A DNA stretch of 64,000 bases from Trueperaceae bacterium (GCA_965213925.1 OZ243927.1:2144001-2208000); one strand, 5' to 3'; positions 30,379 to 40,625 are shown, counted from the first letter of the stretch. Program-made: numbers and translations. The notes: a model not told the origin generated them from the sequence alone.

Positions 30379-30974
30379 TGTCAGAGGTATTTTCAAGGCT
30401 CGAGCAAGCCAAAATCGTCGGCGTGTTACGAGCTGATGCGGGAGCGCAAGACCAGGCGGAAGCGGCGCTGAAGGCAGGATTAGAGGTGTTGGAAGTCACG
30501 TTCTCCACGCCCAATGCAACCGACCTCATTCAGCGTCTGCGTGCCAATTATCCCGAGAAACTCATCGGTGCGGGGACGGTGCGAACCTTTGAGCAGTTAG
30601 AGCAGGCTGCTAGTGCGGGAGGGCAGTTTGCGGTGAGTCCGCATTTGGAGCCAAAGTTGATCGAACATGCTGCTACGCTTGACTTACCCTACATTCCCGG
30701 CACGTCCACACCCACCGAAATCGCAAGAGCTTTATCTCTAGGCTGCACCTTGCTTAAAGTTTTCCCCGTCCGTCCGCTAGGCGGCGTCGATTACCTGAGC
30801 AGCTTGCTCGGTCCCTACCCTGAACTCGAGCTGATGGTGACGGGCGGCGTCAAAGCGGAAGAGGTCGGTGCGTACCTGCGCGCGGGCGCTAAGGCGGTTG
30901 GGCTAGGGTCACTTTTCGCCTCTGACGCTGAAGAGACTGAGGCTCGAGTCCGACGCGTACTGGGCGCGCTATGA
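30375..30974 (+). CDS. eda: KDPG/KHG aldolase
   Basis: LEVTF, IGAGTV, VSPH, TPTEI, KVFP, TGGV. Confidence 0.88.
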   Translation: MMSEVFSRLEQAKIVGVLRADAGAQDQAEAALKAGLEVLEVTFSTPNATDLIQRLRANYPEKLIGAGTVRTFEQLEQAASAGGQFAVSPHLEPKLIEHAATLDLPYIPGTSTPTEIARALSLGCTLLKVFPVRPLGGVDYLSSLLGPYPELELMVTGGVKAEEVGAYLRAGAKAVGLGSLFASDAEETEARVRRVLGAL

Positions 30975-31384
30975 ACCTCAGCCGCCACGCTTCGCGCGGC
31001 TGAGGTTGCGCAGGAAAATGGCGTGGTGGTCGCACCCGAACTGCCGCGCGAAGCTGTGGCGGGCGCGGACAGCCTTCGAAAAGTGGACAGGTGCTTGCTC
31101 GAGCGGCGACGCAGACCCTCCTTCCCTTTGTCGATAGTCTTTTACTCAGCGCTCCTGCTGACTTGGAGGCGTTAGAGGGTAGCGCTGACGAACTGGCTGA
31201 ACGTCTACCTCTTGTATGCGTTAAGCGCGGCGAGCAAGGCTACACGGTTTATAAGGGAGGCTCGAGAATCGACTTTCCTCCCACGAGTGCAGACGTTGTC
31301 GGTACAACGGGCGCGGGCGAGCTTGCGAGTCGGGCGGCGGCTGCATCTGTCGCTTATAGAGGTGCAGTGCCCCCTCGAGGCTAA
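30971..31384 (+). pseudogene. Decayed PfkB-family sugar kinase (KdgK-like)
   Basis: Motif fragments in three frames: AATLRAAEVAQENG, PNCRAKLW, VKRGEQG, VGTTGAGE; N-terminal half and the segment after the GAGD motif are missing. Confidence 0.75.
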
Positions 31385-31387
31385 CGT

Positions 31388-32386
31388 TCACATATTCGTA
31401 AACTGGTACGCCTCTTGAATCAGCTCGAGACTTCCCTTCGCCATCTCACCTGTCACCAGCGGGTCGCGCCCCTCGCGGATCGATCCGATAAAGTCCTGAA
31501 CGACGCGCTCATGGTTCGCGGTTGAAGTCTGTTTCGGGTCGGCGGCGCTGCTATCTGCCATGTCGCTCTCAGGTTTCGGTACGCCCGGCACGTCCCAGCG
31601 CACGATGCGCTCTCCCTCAATCCGCAACGAGCCCTCCGTCCCGCAGAGTTCAACTGTATGCGCGACGCCCGGCTTGCTCGCGGTCGTGCCGCAGATGGAG
31701 CCTAAAGCGCCGTTCTGAAACTCGAGCCCCACCACCGCCGTATCCTCGACCTGAATCTCTCGTGCTAACCTCTTGCTAAACGCGGCGACTCGCCCGACCT
31801 CTCCGAACATCCAGAGCGCCAAGTCCACCAGATGAATCCCCTGATTCATGAGTACGCCGCCGCCGTCGAGGTCTTTGGTGCCGCGCCACGCGGCCGAGTC
31901 GTAATAGTCCTGCCCTCGGAAGTAGGGCATGGTGATAGACAGGAGGACGGGACGCCCGAACGCGGCGCTGTCTACCGCGGCTTTGACCTCTTGGAAGAAG
32001 GGGTCGGCGCGGCGCTGAAAGGTGACGCCTAAGCGGAGGTTGTTTTTTCTCGCTAAAGAGGTGAGGTCATCGGCGTGGGTGGGCTTTAAGGTGATCGGCT
32101 TTTCGGTAAGAACGTGTTTGCCCGCTTCTAAAGCCGCTTTTGCCTGCTCGTAATGCTGACCGCTCGGAGTAGCGATGCAGACGGCGTTGAGGTCGGGTTC
32201 TTTGAGAAACCGCTCCAAGTCATTGGAACAGGGGACGCCCCAGGCTTCTTCTACGGCCTGAGTATCTCCATCCGAACTGCGCAGCGCCGCTACAAGTTCC
32301 GCCCCCTCCAAACGCCGCAAGATATCCGCGTACCACCCGCCTGCCGTTCCTACGCCGATAACGCCAAAACCCAGCGGTTTAGCCAT
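31388..32386 (-). CDS. Gfo/Idh/MocA oxidoreductase
   Basis: GVIGVG, IATPSGQH, EKP, WRGT..DGGGVLMNQGIH. Confidence 0.9.
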   Translation of the reverse strand: MAKPLGFGVIGVGTAGGWYADILRRLEGAELVAALRSSDGDTQAVEEAWGVPCSNDLERFLKEPDLNAVCIATPSGQHYEQAKAALEAGKHVLTEKPITLKPTHADDLTSLARKNNLRLGVTFQRRADPFFQEVKAAVDSAAFGRPVLLSITMPYFRGQDYYDSAAWRGTKDLDGGGVLMNQGIHLVDLALWMFGEVGRVAAFSKRLAREIQVEDTAVVGLEFQNGALGSICGTTASKPGVAHTVELCGTEGSLRIEGERIVRWDVPGVPKPESDMADSSAADPKQTSTANHERVVQDFIGSIREGRDPLVTGEMAKGSLELIQEAYQFTNM

Positions 32387-34297
32387 CTAATTCGCCCCGA
32401 AGAGGCTCGGCAACACGTTCACGAACCAGGGGAAGTAGGTGACGAGCAGAAGCACCACGAGCATCACCGGCCAGAGGTAGAGCATCGCCCTACTCGCCTC
32501 CTCGATGCGGATATTGCCGATCGCGCAGCCCACAAAGAGCGCCGTACCGACGGGCGGCGTGGTCAGCCCTAAACCTAAGTTCATCAAGAGAACGATGCCG
32601 AAATGCACCGCGCTCATGTTGATGGGGTCGGCGGTGACGATGGGCAGCAATACGGGCGTGAGGATGAGGATCAAGGGAGCCATGTCCATGATCGCGCCGA
32701 GTAAGAGGAGCAACACGTTGATCATCAGCAGGAGCAAGAGCGGGTTTTGCGTCAGACTTTGCATCCCTTCTGCCAGCGTCCCCGGAATCCGCAAGTACGC
32801 CATGAGCCAGGCAAAGGCGCTCGCCGCCGCGATGAGGAAGATGACGATGGCGATGGTGCGCACCGACTGGCGCGTCGCTTGCCAAAGCTTTGCGGGCGGC
32901 AGTTCGCGGTAGATAAAGGTTCCAACGAGCCACGCCACAACGGTTCCAATCGCCGCCGCCTCGGTCGCGGTGAACCAGCCGAACGCGATGCCGCCGACGA
33001 TGATGAGCCCGACGGCTAAGCCGGGAATGGCGGCGAGTGCGATGCGCAAGCTTTCCTTAGCGGGCGGACGTTCGTCCGTCGGATAACCGCGCCGGAGGGC
33101 TAAGATATAAGACGCCGCCATCAGCCCGAGCCCGATCATGATACCGGGGATGTAGCCGCCTAAAAAGAGCGCCCCGATGGAGACACCCCCCGCCGCCAGC
33201 GAGTAGATCACCGCGTTGTGCGAGGGCGGAATGATGAGCCCCTGCGTCGAACTCGCCACCGTCACGCCGACGCTAAAGTCCGTGTCGTAACCCTTCTTTT
33301 TCATCATCGGGATGAGAATCGAGCCGTTCGCGCTCACGTCCGCCACCGACGAGCCCGACGCGCCGCCGAAGAGCATCGACGAGACGATATTGACCATCGC
33401 CAAGCCGCCGCGAATCGGACCGACTAAAACGCGGGCGAAGTCCACGAGCCGCTGCGCGATGCCCCCTTCCGCCATGATCTGCCCCGCCAGGATGAAAAAG
33501 GGGATGGCCAAGAGTGGAGTCGAGTTGACGCCGTTCGCCATCCTCTGCGCGACGATAAGAGGCGGCAAGCCGAGGTTAAAGGCGGTGAGTAAGCTGGCAA
33601 TCCCTAGCGCGATGGCGATGGGCACGCCGAAAATGAGGAGCAGCGTTAAAGAACCGAGCAGCAAGCCCACCGGACTCGTCAGCGTCTCCCAGCCTAAGAG
33701 CGCCACGCTGCCCACAGAAAAGAGCACGCCGATGGTGACGAGCGCGACCCGCAAGAGGGTATTGCGTTGCGGCGTCACCTCGTCGACTTGATCTTGCACC
33801 TGAAAGGCGTTTCTCAGCGCGTAAAAGGCGATGAGCACCCCGCCAAAGGGGATGCCTAAATACATCCAACCGATGGGGAGCTTCGTCGCGGAAAAGGTCT
33901 GCGACATGGTGCGGCTGCTGAGTTCTGCGCCGTACCAGACGAGATAGACGCCGAAGCCCACGACGAGCGTCCAGACTGCGTAAGTCAGCGCTTTTTGCAC
34001 GCCTCTCGGAAACTGCCGCACCACGACGTCCACCGAGAGGTGCTCGCCTGCGCGAATCGCCAAGCCGCTGCCCAGCATCGAGAGCCAGACCATCAGGATG
34101 AGGCTCGTCTCTTCGGTCCAGCGGGGGATGCGCATTCCGGGGATGTAGCGGGCGACGACTTGCCACACGATAATCAGCACAACACCTAGGAGGAGCGAGG
34201 CGGTGAAGGCGCGTACCACACGGGTGAAGCCACGCTCGAGCCGCCCAAGCAGGGAAGGCCCCTCGCGGGGTCCCTGTGCACTCAGTTCAGATGCCAT
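32387..34297 (-). CDS. Fused TRAP DctQ-DctM permease
   Basis: N-terminal QVVARY/WTEE; C-terminal LAIPFFIL, SGSSVAD, IIPPS, TPPVG. Confidence 0.92.
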   Translation of the reverse strand: MASELSAQGPREGPSLLGRLERGFTRVVRAFTASLLLGVVLIIVWQVVARYIPGMRIPRWTEETSLILMVWLSMLGSGLAIRAGEHLSVDVVVRQFPRGVQKALTYAVWTLVVGFGVYLVWYGAELSSRTMSQTFSATKLPIGWMYLGIPFGGVLIAFYALRNAFQVQDQVDEVTPQRNTLLRVALVTIGVLFSVGSVALLGWETLTSPVGLLLGSLTLLLIFGVPIAIALGIASLLTAFNLGLPPLIVAQRMANGVNSTPLLAIPFFILAGQIMAEGGIAQRLVDFARVLVGPIRGGLAMVNIVSSMLFGGASGSSVADVSANGSILIPMMKKKGYDTDFSVGVTVASSTQGLIIPPSHNAVIYSLAAGGVSIGALFLGGYIPGIMIGLGLMAASYILALRRGYPTDERPPAKESLRIALAAIPGLAVGLIIVGGIAFGWFTATEAAAIGTVVAWLVGTFIYRELPPAKLWQATRQSVRTIAIVIFLIAAASAFAWLMAYLRIPGTLAEGMQSLTQNPLLLLLMINVLLLLLGAIMDMAPLILILTPVLLPIVTADPINMSAVHFGIVLLMNLGLGLTTPPVGTALFVGCAIGNIRIEEASRAMLYLWPVMLVVLLLVTYFPWFVNVLPSLFGAN

Positions 34298-34303
34298 ATG
34301 CTT

Positions 34304-35266
34304 TTACTCGGTATCTAAAATGCGCTGCACCAAGTCGCCGTACTCGCTGCCGTATTGGTCATAAAGGGGCTGCACCGCCTCCTGAAACTCGCTCGTGTCC
34401 ACCTCGATGATCTCGCTGCCCGCCTCGATGACGGCTTGCTTACTTTCGTCGGACAGCTCCGCCCACGCCTCGAACTGCACGCTCACGCTCGCTTGCGCCG
34501 CCTCGCGCACGAGCTGCTGGTCTTCGGGGCTCAGGCTGTTCCAGGTGGACGCGCTGATCATCACCACTTCGGGCACCCGTGCGTGACCGTCCTCGGTGAA
34601 GTGCGGCGCGACCTCGTAGTGGCGCACGCCGTCGGGACCGTACGAGGGGTAGTTGTTCTCCGCGCCGTCGATGACGCCCGTTTGTAAGGAGCTATAGACC
34701 TCACCGAACGCCATCGGCACAGGCTCCGCGCCCAAAAGCTCCATCATGTCCAGCACGACTTGGCTCTGCTGCGTGCGGATGCGCAAGCCCTCCACATCTG
34801 CCACGCTCCGAATGGGCGTCTCGGTGGTGTAGAAGTTGCGGCTGCCCGAGTCGTAGTAGGCGAGCCCGACCAAGTCCGACTCTTCCAAGCCCGCGAGGAG
34901 TTCCTCGCCGATATCTCCTTGAAGCACGTTCACGAAGTGGTCCATGTCTCTGAAGATGTAGGGCAGACTATAAACCCCCATCGGCGTGTAGAATTCGCCC
35001 ACCGGACTCGTCGAAGTGCGCACGATGTCGATGACGCCCAACTGCGTCTGCTCGATGGTGCTGCGCTCGTCACCGAGCTGCCCACCTGCGAAAACTTCCA
35101 TCTGGATGCGTCCGTCCGAGTTTTCGTTGAGATAATCCGCCATCGCGTTTAAGCCGATGACGGTTGGGTAATCCTCGGGTTGGTTGTCGGCGGCGCGGAG
35201 CGTGACCTGGGCGAACGCTGCGCTCCCCAAAAGCAAGACTGCGAGTAAAACGCGGAGCTGAATCAT
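34304..35266 (-). CDS. dctP: TRAP substrate-binding protein (uronate-type)
   Basis: Start MIQLRV with GAGAGGT RBS; DYPTV, GGQLGDE, YDSGSRNFY, LQTGVIDGAENN. Confidence 0.92.
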   Translation of the reverse strand: MIQLRVLLAVLLLGSAAFAQVTLRAADNQPEDYPTVIGLNAMADYLNENSDGRIQMEVFAGGQLGDERSTIEQTQLGVIDIVRTSTSPVGEFYTPMGVYSLPYIFRDMDHFVNVLQGDIGEELLAGLEESDLVGLAYYDSGSRNFYTTETPIRSVADVEGLRIRTQQSQVVLDMMELLGAEPVPMAFGEVYSSLQTGVIDGAENNYPSYGPDGVRHYEVAPHFTEDGHARVPEVVMISASTWNSLSPEDQQLVREAAQASVSVQFEAWAELSDESKQAVIEAGSEIIEVDTSEFQEAVQPLYDQYGSEYGDLVQRILDTE

Positions 35267-35295
35267 GACGACCTCTCGGAGTGCGCCCTTAGATT

Positions 35296-35311
35296 TTCTC
35301 ACGTGTGAGAA
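35296..35311. promoter_or_regulatory. Palindromic putative operator upstream of the second dctP
   Basis: TTCTCAC-GT-GTGAGAA. Confidence 0.45.
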
Positions 35312-35594
35312 GACGCGCCCGTGCCTACTATGCGTGGTTCTACAAGCGACTGCGCCGTGACCCGCCGCGCTACTTCGCACAGCTACGCGCACGATATTCC
35401 GCTCGCACCCGTTCGTACGCGCTGCCACAACACGCAGAAACGCATGAACCTAGTTAGGACTAATTGAAGCCACTATACCAGGTATACTTTTAGAGAAACA
35501 GGTGTGTATAGAGCGGTGCGCTTAGCGGTAAGCGCCGCGAAGAGGTTGACGACAAGGACGCCGCACGGCGTGAGGCTGCCAGATGAGGAGAGAG

Positions 35595-37076
35595 ATGATT
35601 TTCAGTCCGTCAGCGCAAGACCTCGAGTCTCAGCTAAGTCAAGAGGTCTACCAGAACTCGCTCGTTCACAAGGATGGTGCAACGCTCTGCTTGAGTCGAG
35701 ACAACCAGCTTCTCTTAATTGCGCCGCAGGGCGATAGGGGGCTCGAGCCCTTCGGCGGCGATGCCGAACCCTTCACCGCCGACCTCACCCTCAAGCGTTG
35801 TCCTCTAGGTCACGCCAACGCCGCCGCGCTGCGCCGCACCCTCTCTTACCTGCAACCTAGACCTCTCGGACTCAAAACTTCATCAGGCTTTGGAGACCGT
35901 TTTGGTCTGGCAACACCCGGACACGCGCTAGCGTTGCAGCGAGTGAGCGGCGACATTGCACCTATCTTCGCCCAACAGTCCATCCGCGAAATGACGCGCA
36001 CGAAGCGCACGCCGCAAGAGGTGATGACCGACGCCACTTGGGGCGCGTATCAAGCGGGTTGGCGCGGTCAGGTCGGAGCCGATGCCGACCATTTGAAGAC
36101 GCCCGAAGACGTTGATGGCTGCGTGGACGCGGGCTACAGCTTTTTCACCACCGACCCTGGTGATTATGTGGACAGTTCAGCGCATACCGCCTCAGCGGAA
36201 GAGGTCGTGGAGAAAGTCGAGAAGTTACCCTGGGAGAAGCTGGAGACCTCTCGAGCCGACCTCACAACGCGGTTTGAAAAGATGAGGCTCGAGCTAGAGA
36301 CCTTCACCCTCACTTTTGAGAAAGAGGATGTGTTTCGCGCCGCTGCCAAGTACGGCGCAGCCCTCGCTCACGTCGTCACGATGTACCGGCACTTAGCAAG
36401 TAAAGAGGTCCCCTTTGAGCTAGAGGTCTCCGTAGATGAAACCGAAACGCCGACGACGCACGTGGAGCACGCCTTCATCGCCTCGGAGTTAAAGCGCTTA
36501 AACGTCCAGTGGGTCAGCCTCGCGCCGCGCTACGTGGGGAGTTTTGAAAAAGGAATCGACTATATCGGTGACTTGGACGAACTAGAAAAAGATTTACGCG
36601 GACACGCGGAAATCGCTCGCGTCCTAGGACCTTACAAGCTCTCCTTGCACTCTGGCTCGGATAAGTTCAGCGTCTATCCGCTGATTGCCGAAGCGACCGC
36701 CGGTAGGGTGCACCTCAAAACAGCCGGGACGAGCTACTTGGAAGCCCTGCGCGTTATCTCAACTGAGGACGCTGACCTCTTCAAAAGGATTCTCGACCTC
36801 TCGCATGAAAGGTTCCAGACAGACCGCAAGAGTTATCACCTCTCGTGTGACCTCTCTAAAGTGCCGACCTCTTCGCAGATCGAGGATGCGGAATTCCCCC
36901 AGTTACTCGAGCAGGACGACTCGAGGCAAGTGCTGCACGTCACCTACGGTTCGGCGTTGGATACTTTTGGAAAAGAGATACGCGGTGTTCTGAACGCGCA
37001 CGAAGAGAAACATTATGAAACCTTAGCAGCGCACTTCGAGAAGCATCTAACACCTTTTGTAGAGAGGAGCTATTAG
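35595..37076 (+). CDS. uxaE: Tagaturonate/fructuronate epimerase
   Basis: GFGDRFGLATPGH, AQQSIREMTRT, GADADHLKT, EVSVDE, KLSLHSGSDKFS, HLKTAGTSYLEALR. Confidence 0.92.
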   Translation: MIFSPSAQDLESQLSQEVYQNSLVHKDGATLCLSRDNQLLLIAPQGDRGLEPFGGDAEPFTADLTLKRCPLGHANAAALRRTLSYLQPRPLGLKTSSGFGDRFGLATPGHALALQRVSGDIAPIFAQQSIREMTRTKRTPQEVMTDATWGAYQAGWRGQVGADADHLKTPEDVDGCVDAGYSFFTTDPGDYVDSSAHTASAEEVVEKVEKLPWEKLETSRADLTTRFEKMRLELETFTLTFEKEDVFRAAAKYGAALAHVVTMYRHLASKEVPFELEVSVDETETPTTHVEHAFIASELKRLNVQWVSLAPRYVGSFEKGIDYIGDLDELEKDLRGHAEIARVLGPYKLSLHSGSDKFSVYPLIAEATAGRVHLKTAGTSYLEALRVISTEDADLFKRILDLSHERFQTDRKSYHLSCDLSKVPTSSQIEDAEFPQLLEQDDSRQVLHVTYGSALDTFGKEIRGVLNAHEEKHYETLAAHFEKHLTPFVERSY

Positions 37077-37123
37077 CGTTTAGCCGTTAGCTTTTTTGCT
37101 AATCCCTAGACGCTAACTGCTAT

Positions 37124-37930
37124 ATGTTCGATTTAACCGGAAAAGTCGCCCTCATCACGGGCGGAACGGGCGTCTTAGGTGGCGCATTCGCGCACGGTTT
37201 GGCTGCTGCAGGTGCAAAGGTCGCCATCATGGGGCGGCGTGAGGAGAAAGCCGAAGAGGTTGCTGAAGCGATTAAATCAGCGGACGGGGAGGCGTTGGCG
37301 CTGCCCGCAGATGTGTTGGCACGGGGGCAGTTGGAAGAAGCAAGGGGAGACCTCTTAGAAGCCTGGAACCGCTGCGACATCCTCATAAACGCCGCCGGCG
37401 GCAACAGACCTGACGCAACCGTCGTCGGCGACTTGGACTTTTTTGACGTTGAGAAGGATGCATTAGAAAGCGTCGTCAACCTCAACCTCTTGGGTTCAAT
37501 CCTTCCCTCCCAGGTCTTCGGCGAAGTCATGAAAGACCAGCAAAGCGGCTCGATTATCAACATCTCTTCGATGGCGGCGCAAAAACCTTTGACTAGAGTT
37601 ATTGGCTACGCCGCGTCGAAAGCCGCGGTTGACAACTTTACGCAGTGGTTGTCGGTAGATTTGGCGCAGAAGTACGGCGAGGGCTTGCGGGTGAACGCCA
37701 TCGCGCCGGGCTTTTTCGTCGGTGAGCAGAACCGCGACTTGTTGCTGAATGAGGATGGCAGTCTTACAGCGAGAGGTCAACAGATCGTGGACCACACGCC
37801 GATGGGACGCTTTGGCGAGCCGGATGAGCTTGTAGGGACAGCCGTTTACCTAGCGAGTGATGCGTCGAAGTTCGTCACGGGCATCGTCGTTCCCGTTGAT
37901 GGTGGTTTTTCGGCGTTCGGGGGGATTTGA
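37124..37930 (+). CDS. uxuB: SDR D-mannonate/fructuronate oxidoreductase
   Basis: TGGTGVLG, NAAGGN, PLTRVIGYAASK, RVNAIAPGFF..QNR, HTPMGRFG; uxa context. Confidence 0.82.
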   Translation: MFDLTGKVALITGGTGVLGGAFAHGLAAAGAKVAIMGRREEKAEEVAEAIKSADGEALALPADVLARGQLEEARGDLLEAWNRCDILINAAGGNRPDATVVGDLDFFDVEKDALESVVNLNLLGSILPSQVFGEVMKDQQSGSIINISSMAAQKPLTRVIGYAASKAAVDNFTQWLSVDLAQKYGEGLRVNAIAPGFFVGEQNRDLLLNEDGSLTARGQQIVDHTPMGRFGEPDELVGTAVYLASDASKFVTGIVVPVDGGFSAFGGI

Positions 37931-39201
37931 TGGTCGAGGCGGGCGTGATTGGACGAGGGAGCGTGGAGACAACGCTTACCGAATCTGACGTGCGCGGACT
38001 GCTCCACGAGGCGTTTGCGGGCAAAGAGGTCAAAAACAAACGCTTGCTGATTATTATCCCCGACGGCACGCGCACCGCGCCCATCCCGCTTATGTTCCGT
38101 CTGCTCTACGAACAGCTAGGCGAAGCGGTGAAAAGGCTCGACTACCTGATCGCTTTAGGCACGCATCAGCCGATGTCCGAGGCAGCCATCGACAAGCTCG
38201 TTGGTGTTCCGAAAGAGGCTCGAGCAGAAAGCTTTCCCAAGTCCGAGGTTTACAACCACCGCTGGGATTTGCCTGATACGTTAAGAGAGGTGGGGGTCAT
38301 CTCGAGCCCAGAGATGCAGCGCCTCACAGACGGCTACGTGAGCCGCGAAACGCCTATCACCCTCAACGATATGGTCTTCGACTACGACGAACTCCTCATC
38401 GTCGGACCCGTCTTCCCTCACGAAGTCGCGGGCTTTTCGGGCGGCGCGAAGTACCTATGCCCCGGCATCGCCGGGCGCGAGGTCATCGACAGCACGCACT
38501 GGACGGGCGCACTCGCCACGAGCTACGAGACCATCGGCGTGAAAGACACTGCCGTGCGCCGCGTGTTGCACCGCGCGGCTGAATTCGTCGTCAAGGAAAA
38601 GCCGCTGACCTGTCTCAAAATGGTCATGAAAGGCTCTGACTTTCACGGACTCTACATAGGCGACTATCTGAGCGCGTGGGCGGCGGCGGCGGACCTCTCG
38701 GCGCAGCTCAACATCATCTATAAGCCCAGACCGTTCAAAAGCGTCCTCTCCACGCCGTCTGAACGCTACGACGACCTCTGGACTGCCGCCAAAGCGATGT
38801 ACAAAACAGAGCCTGTGGTGGCCGACGGGGGCGAGGTCATCATCTACGCGCCGCATCTTAAAGAGGTCAGCGTGACGCACGGGGCAGAGATTGAGCGCGT
38901 CGGCTACCACGTGCGCGACTACTTTACGAAGCAGTGGGAGAAGTTCAAGGACTTGCCCTGGACGGTGTTGGCACATTCGACACATGTGAAAGGGGCGGGG
39001 ACGTTCGAGGACGGCGTGGAGACGCCGCGTATTCAGGTGACGTTGGCGACGGGGATTCCTGAAGAGGTCTGCCATAAGATCAGCTTAGGCTACCGGGATT
39101 ACCGGACGCTAGATCCGCAAGACTGGGCAAACCGTGAGGACGAGGGTCTACTTCTCGTCGAACACGCGGGCGAAATGCTCTACCGCTTGGAGGAAGGATG
39201 A
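37927..39201 (+). CDS. LarA-family (nickel-pincer) 2-hydroxyacid epimerase, GntE-like
   Basis: IIPDGTR, ALGTH, FPHEVAGFSGGAK..PG motifs; lies between uxuB and uxaC. Confidence 0.82.
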   Translation: MMVEAGVIGRGSVETTLTESDVRGLLHEAFAGKEVKNKRLLIIIPDGTRTAPIPLMFRLLYEQLGEAVKRLDYLIALGTHQPMSEAAIDKLVGVPKEARAESFPKSEVYNHRWDLPDTLREVGVISSPEMQRLTDGYVSRETPITLNDMVFDYDELLIVGPVFPHEVAGFSGGAKYLCPGIAGREVIDSTHWTGALATSYETIGVKDTAVRRVLHRAAEFVVKEKPLTCLKMVMKGSDFHGLYIGDYLSAWAAAADLSAQLNIIYKPRPFKSVLSTPSERYDDLWTAAKAMYKTEPVVADGGEVIIYAPHLKEVSVTHGAEIERVGYHVRDYFTKQWEKFKDLPWTVLAHSTHVKGAGTFEDGVETPRIQVTLATGIPEEVCHKISLGYRDYRTLDPQDWANREDEGLLLVEHAGEMLYRLEEG

Positions 39202-40625
39202 TCAAAAACACGTGGACGCTCTCGGAAGACCGCTGCTTCTCCGCCGAGCCTTCTCAGCTCGAGGTGGCGAGAGGTCTCTACAATTCGGTCAAAAACTTGC
39301 CGCTGATTTGTCCGCACGGACACGTCGATCCCGCCCTATTAGCCGACCCCGACGCGACGCTTGGCACACCCGCCGAGCTGTTCGTCATCCCCGACCACTA
39401 CGTCTTTCGGATGCTCTACAGTCAGGGGGTGAGGTTGGAAGATTTGGGTGTGCCAACCGAGGATGGCTCCGCTACCGAAACCGACCACCGCAAAATCTGG
39501 CAGCGCTTCGCCGAGCACTTCTATCTCTTTCGCGGCACGCCGACGGGCTTGTGGTTGGCGGACGAGCTTACCGGTGTCTTCGGTATTTCGGAAAAGCTGA
39601 GCGGTGAGAACGCGGCGCAGATTTATGACGAGTTGGAGGAGAAGTTAGCGCAGCCGGAGTTTAAGCCCAGGGCGCTCTTCAAGCGGTTCGACATCGAAGT
39701 CTTGACGACGACGGACGCGGCGGCCGATACGCTCGAGCCTCATAGGTCACTCTATGAGGAGGGCTGGACGAACGTCCGTCCGACCTTTCGCCCCGACGCG
39801 GTTGTGAATTTGGATATGGCGGGCTGGCGGGAAAACACCGCCGAACTAGGTGAGGTTTCAGGTGTCGAGGTCACGGACTATACCGCTTACATTCAGGCGT
39901 TGGAGCAGCGCCGCACCTTCTTCAAGGAGAGGGGCGCGGCGGCTACGGACCACGCCGCTCTAAGACCCTATACCGGACGCCTTTCGGACGCGGACGCCCA
40001 CGCCATCTTTGCACGCGCCTTGAAGGGCGAATCAGAGAAGAACGACGCCTACCGGTTTACCGGGCACATGCTCATGGAGATGGCGCGGATGTCCGCTGAG
40101 GACGGGCTGGTGATGCAACTGCACGCGGGCAGTCTGCGCAATCACAACCGCGCGGTCTATGAACGCTTCGGGCTGGATAAGGGCGCGGATATTCCCATCC
40201 AAACCGAGTGGGCGCGCAACCTCTTGCCCCTTTTGAACGCTCACGGCAACGACCTGGACTTCACGCTCGTCCTCTTTACGCTGGACGAAACCTCTTACAG
40301 CCGCGAGCTTGCGCCCTTGGCAGGTCACTATCCCGCCTTGCGCCTAGGTCCGCCCTGGTGGTTTTTCGATTCGGTCAAAGGGATGGAGCGGTACTTGGAC
40401 AGCGTGGTCGAGACCGCAGGAATTTACAACCTGGCAGGCTTCAACGATGACACGCGGGCGTTTGCGTCCATCCCTTCACGGCATGACGTGTGGCGCAGGA
40501 CGACCTGTAACTGGCTGGCGGGCGAGGTGGTGAAAGGTCTTGTGGACGAAGCGGACGCGGGCGAGATGGCTCGAGAATTAGCCTACGATTTGGCGAAGAA
40601 AACGTACCAGTTGGACGCTGCATGA
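39198..40625 (+). CDS. uxaC: Glucuronate isomerase
   Basis: PHGH, PDHYVFRML, PTFRPD, MQLH, GPPWWFFD, GFNDDTRAF. Confidence 0.93.
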   Translation: MIKNTWTLSEDRCFSAEPSQLEVARGLYNSVKNLPLICPHGHVDPALLADPDATLGTPAELFVIPDHYVFRMLYSQGVRLEDLGVPTEDGSATETDHRKIWQRFAEHFYLFRGTPTGLWLADELTGVFGISEKLSGENAAQIYDELEEKLAQPEFKPRALFKRFDIEVLTTTDAAADTLEPHRSLYEEGWTNVRPTFRPDAVVNLDMAGWRENTAELGEVSGVEVTDYTAYIQALEQRRTFFKERGAAATDHAALRPYTGRLSDADAHAIFARALKGESEKNDAYRFTGHMLMEMARMSAEDGLVMQLHAGSLRNHNRAVYERFGLDKGADIPIQTEWARNLLPLLNAHGNDLDFTLVLFTLDETSYSRELAPLAGHYPALRLGPPWWFFDSVKGMERYLDSVVETAGIYNLAGFNDDTRAFASIPSRHDVWRRTTCNWLAGEVVKGLVDEADAGEMARELAYDLAKKTYQLDAA

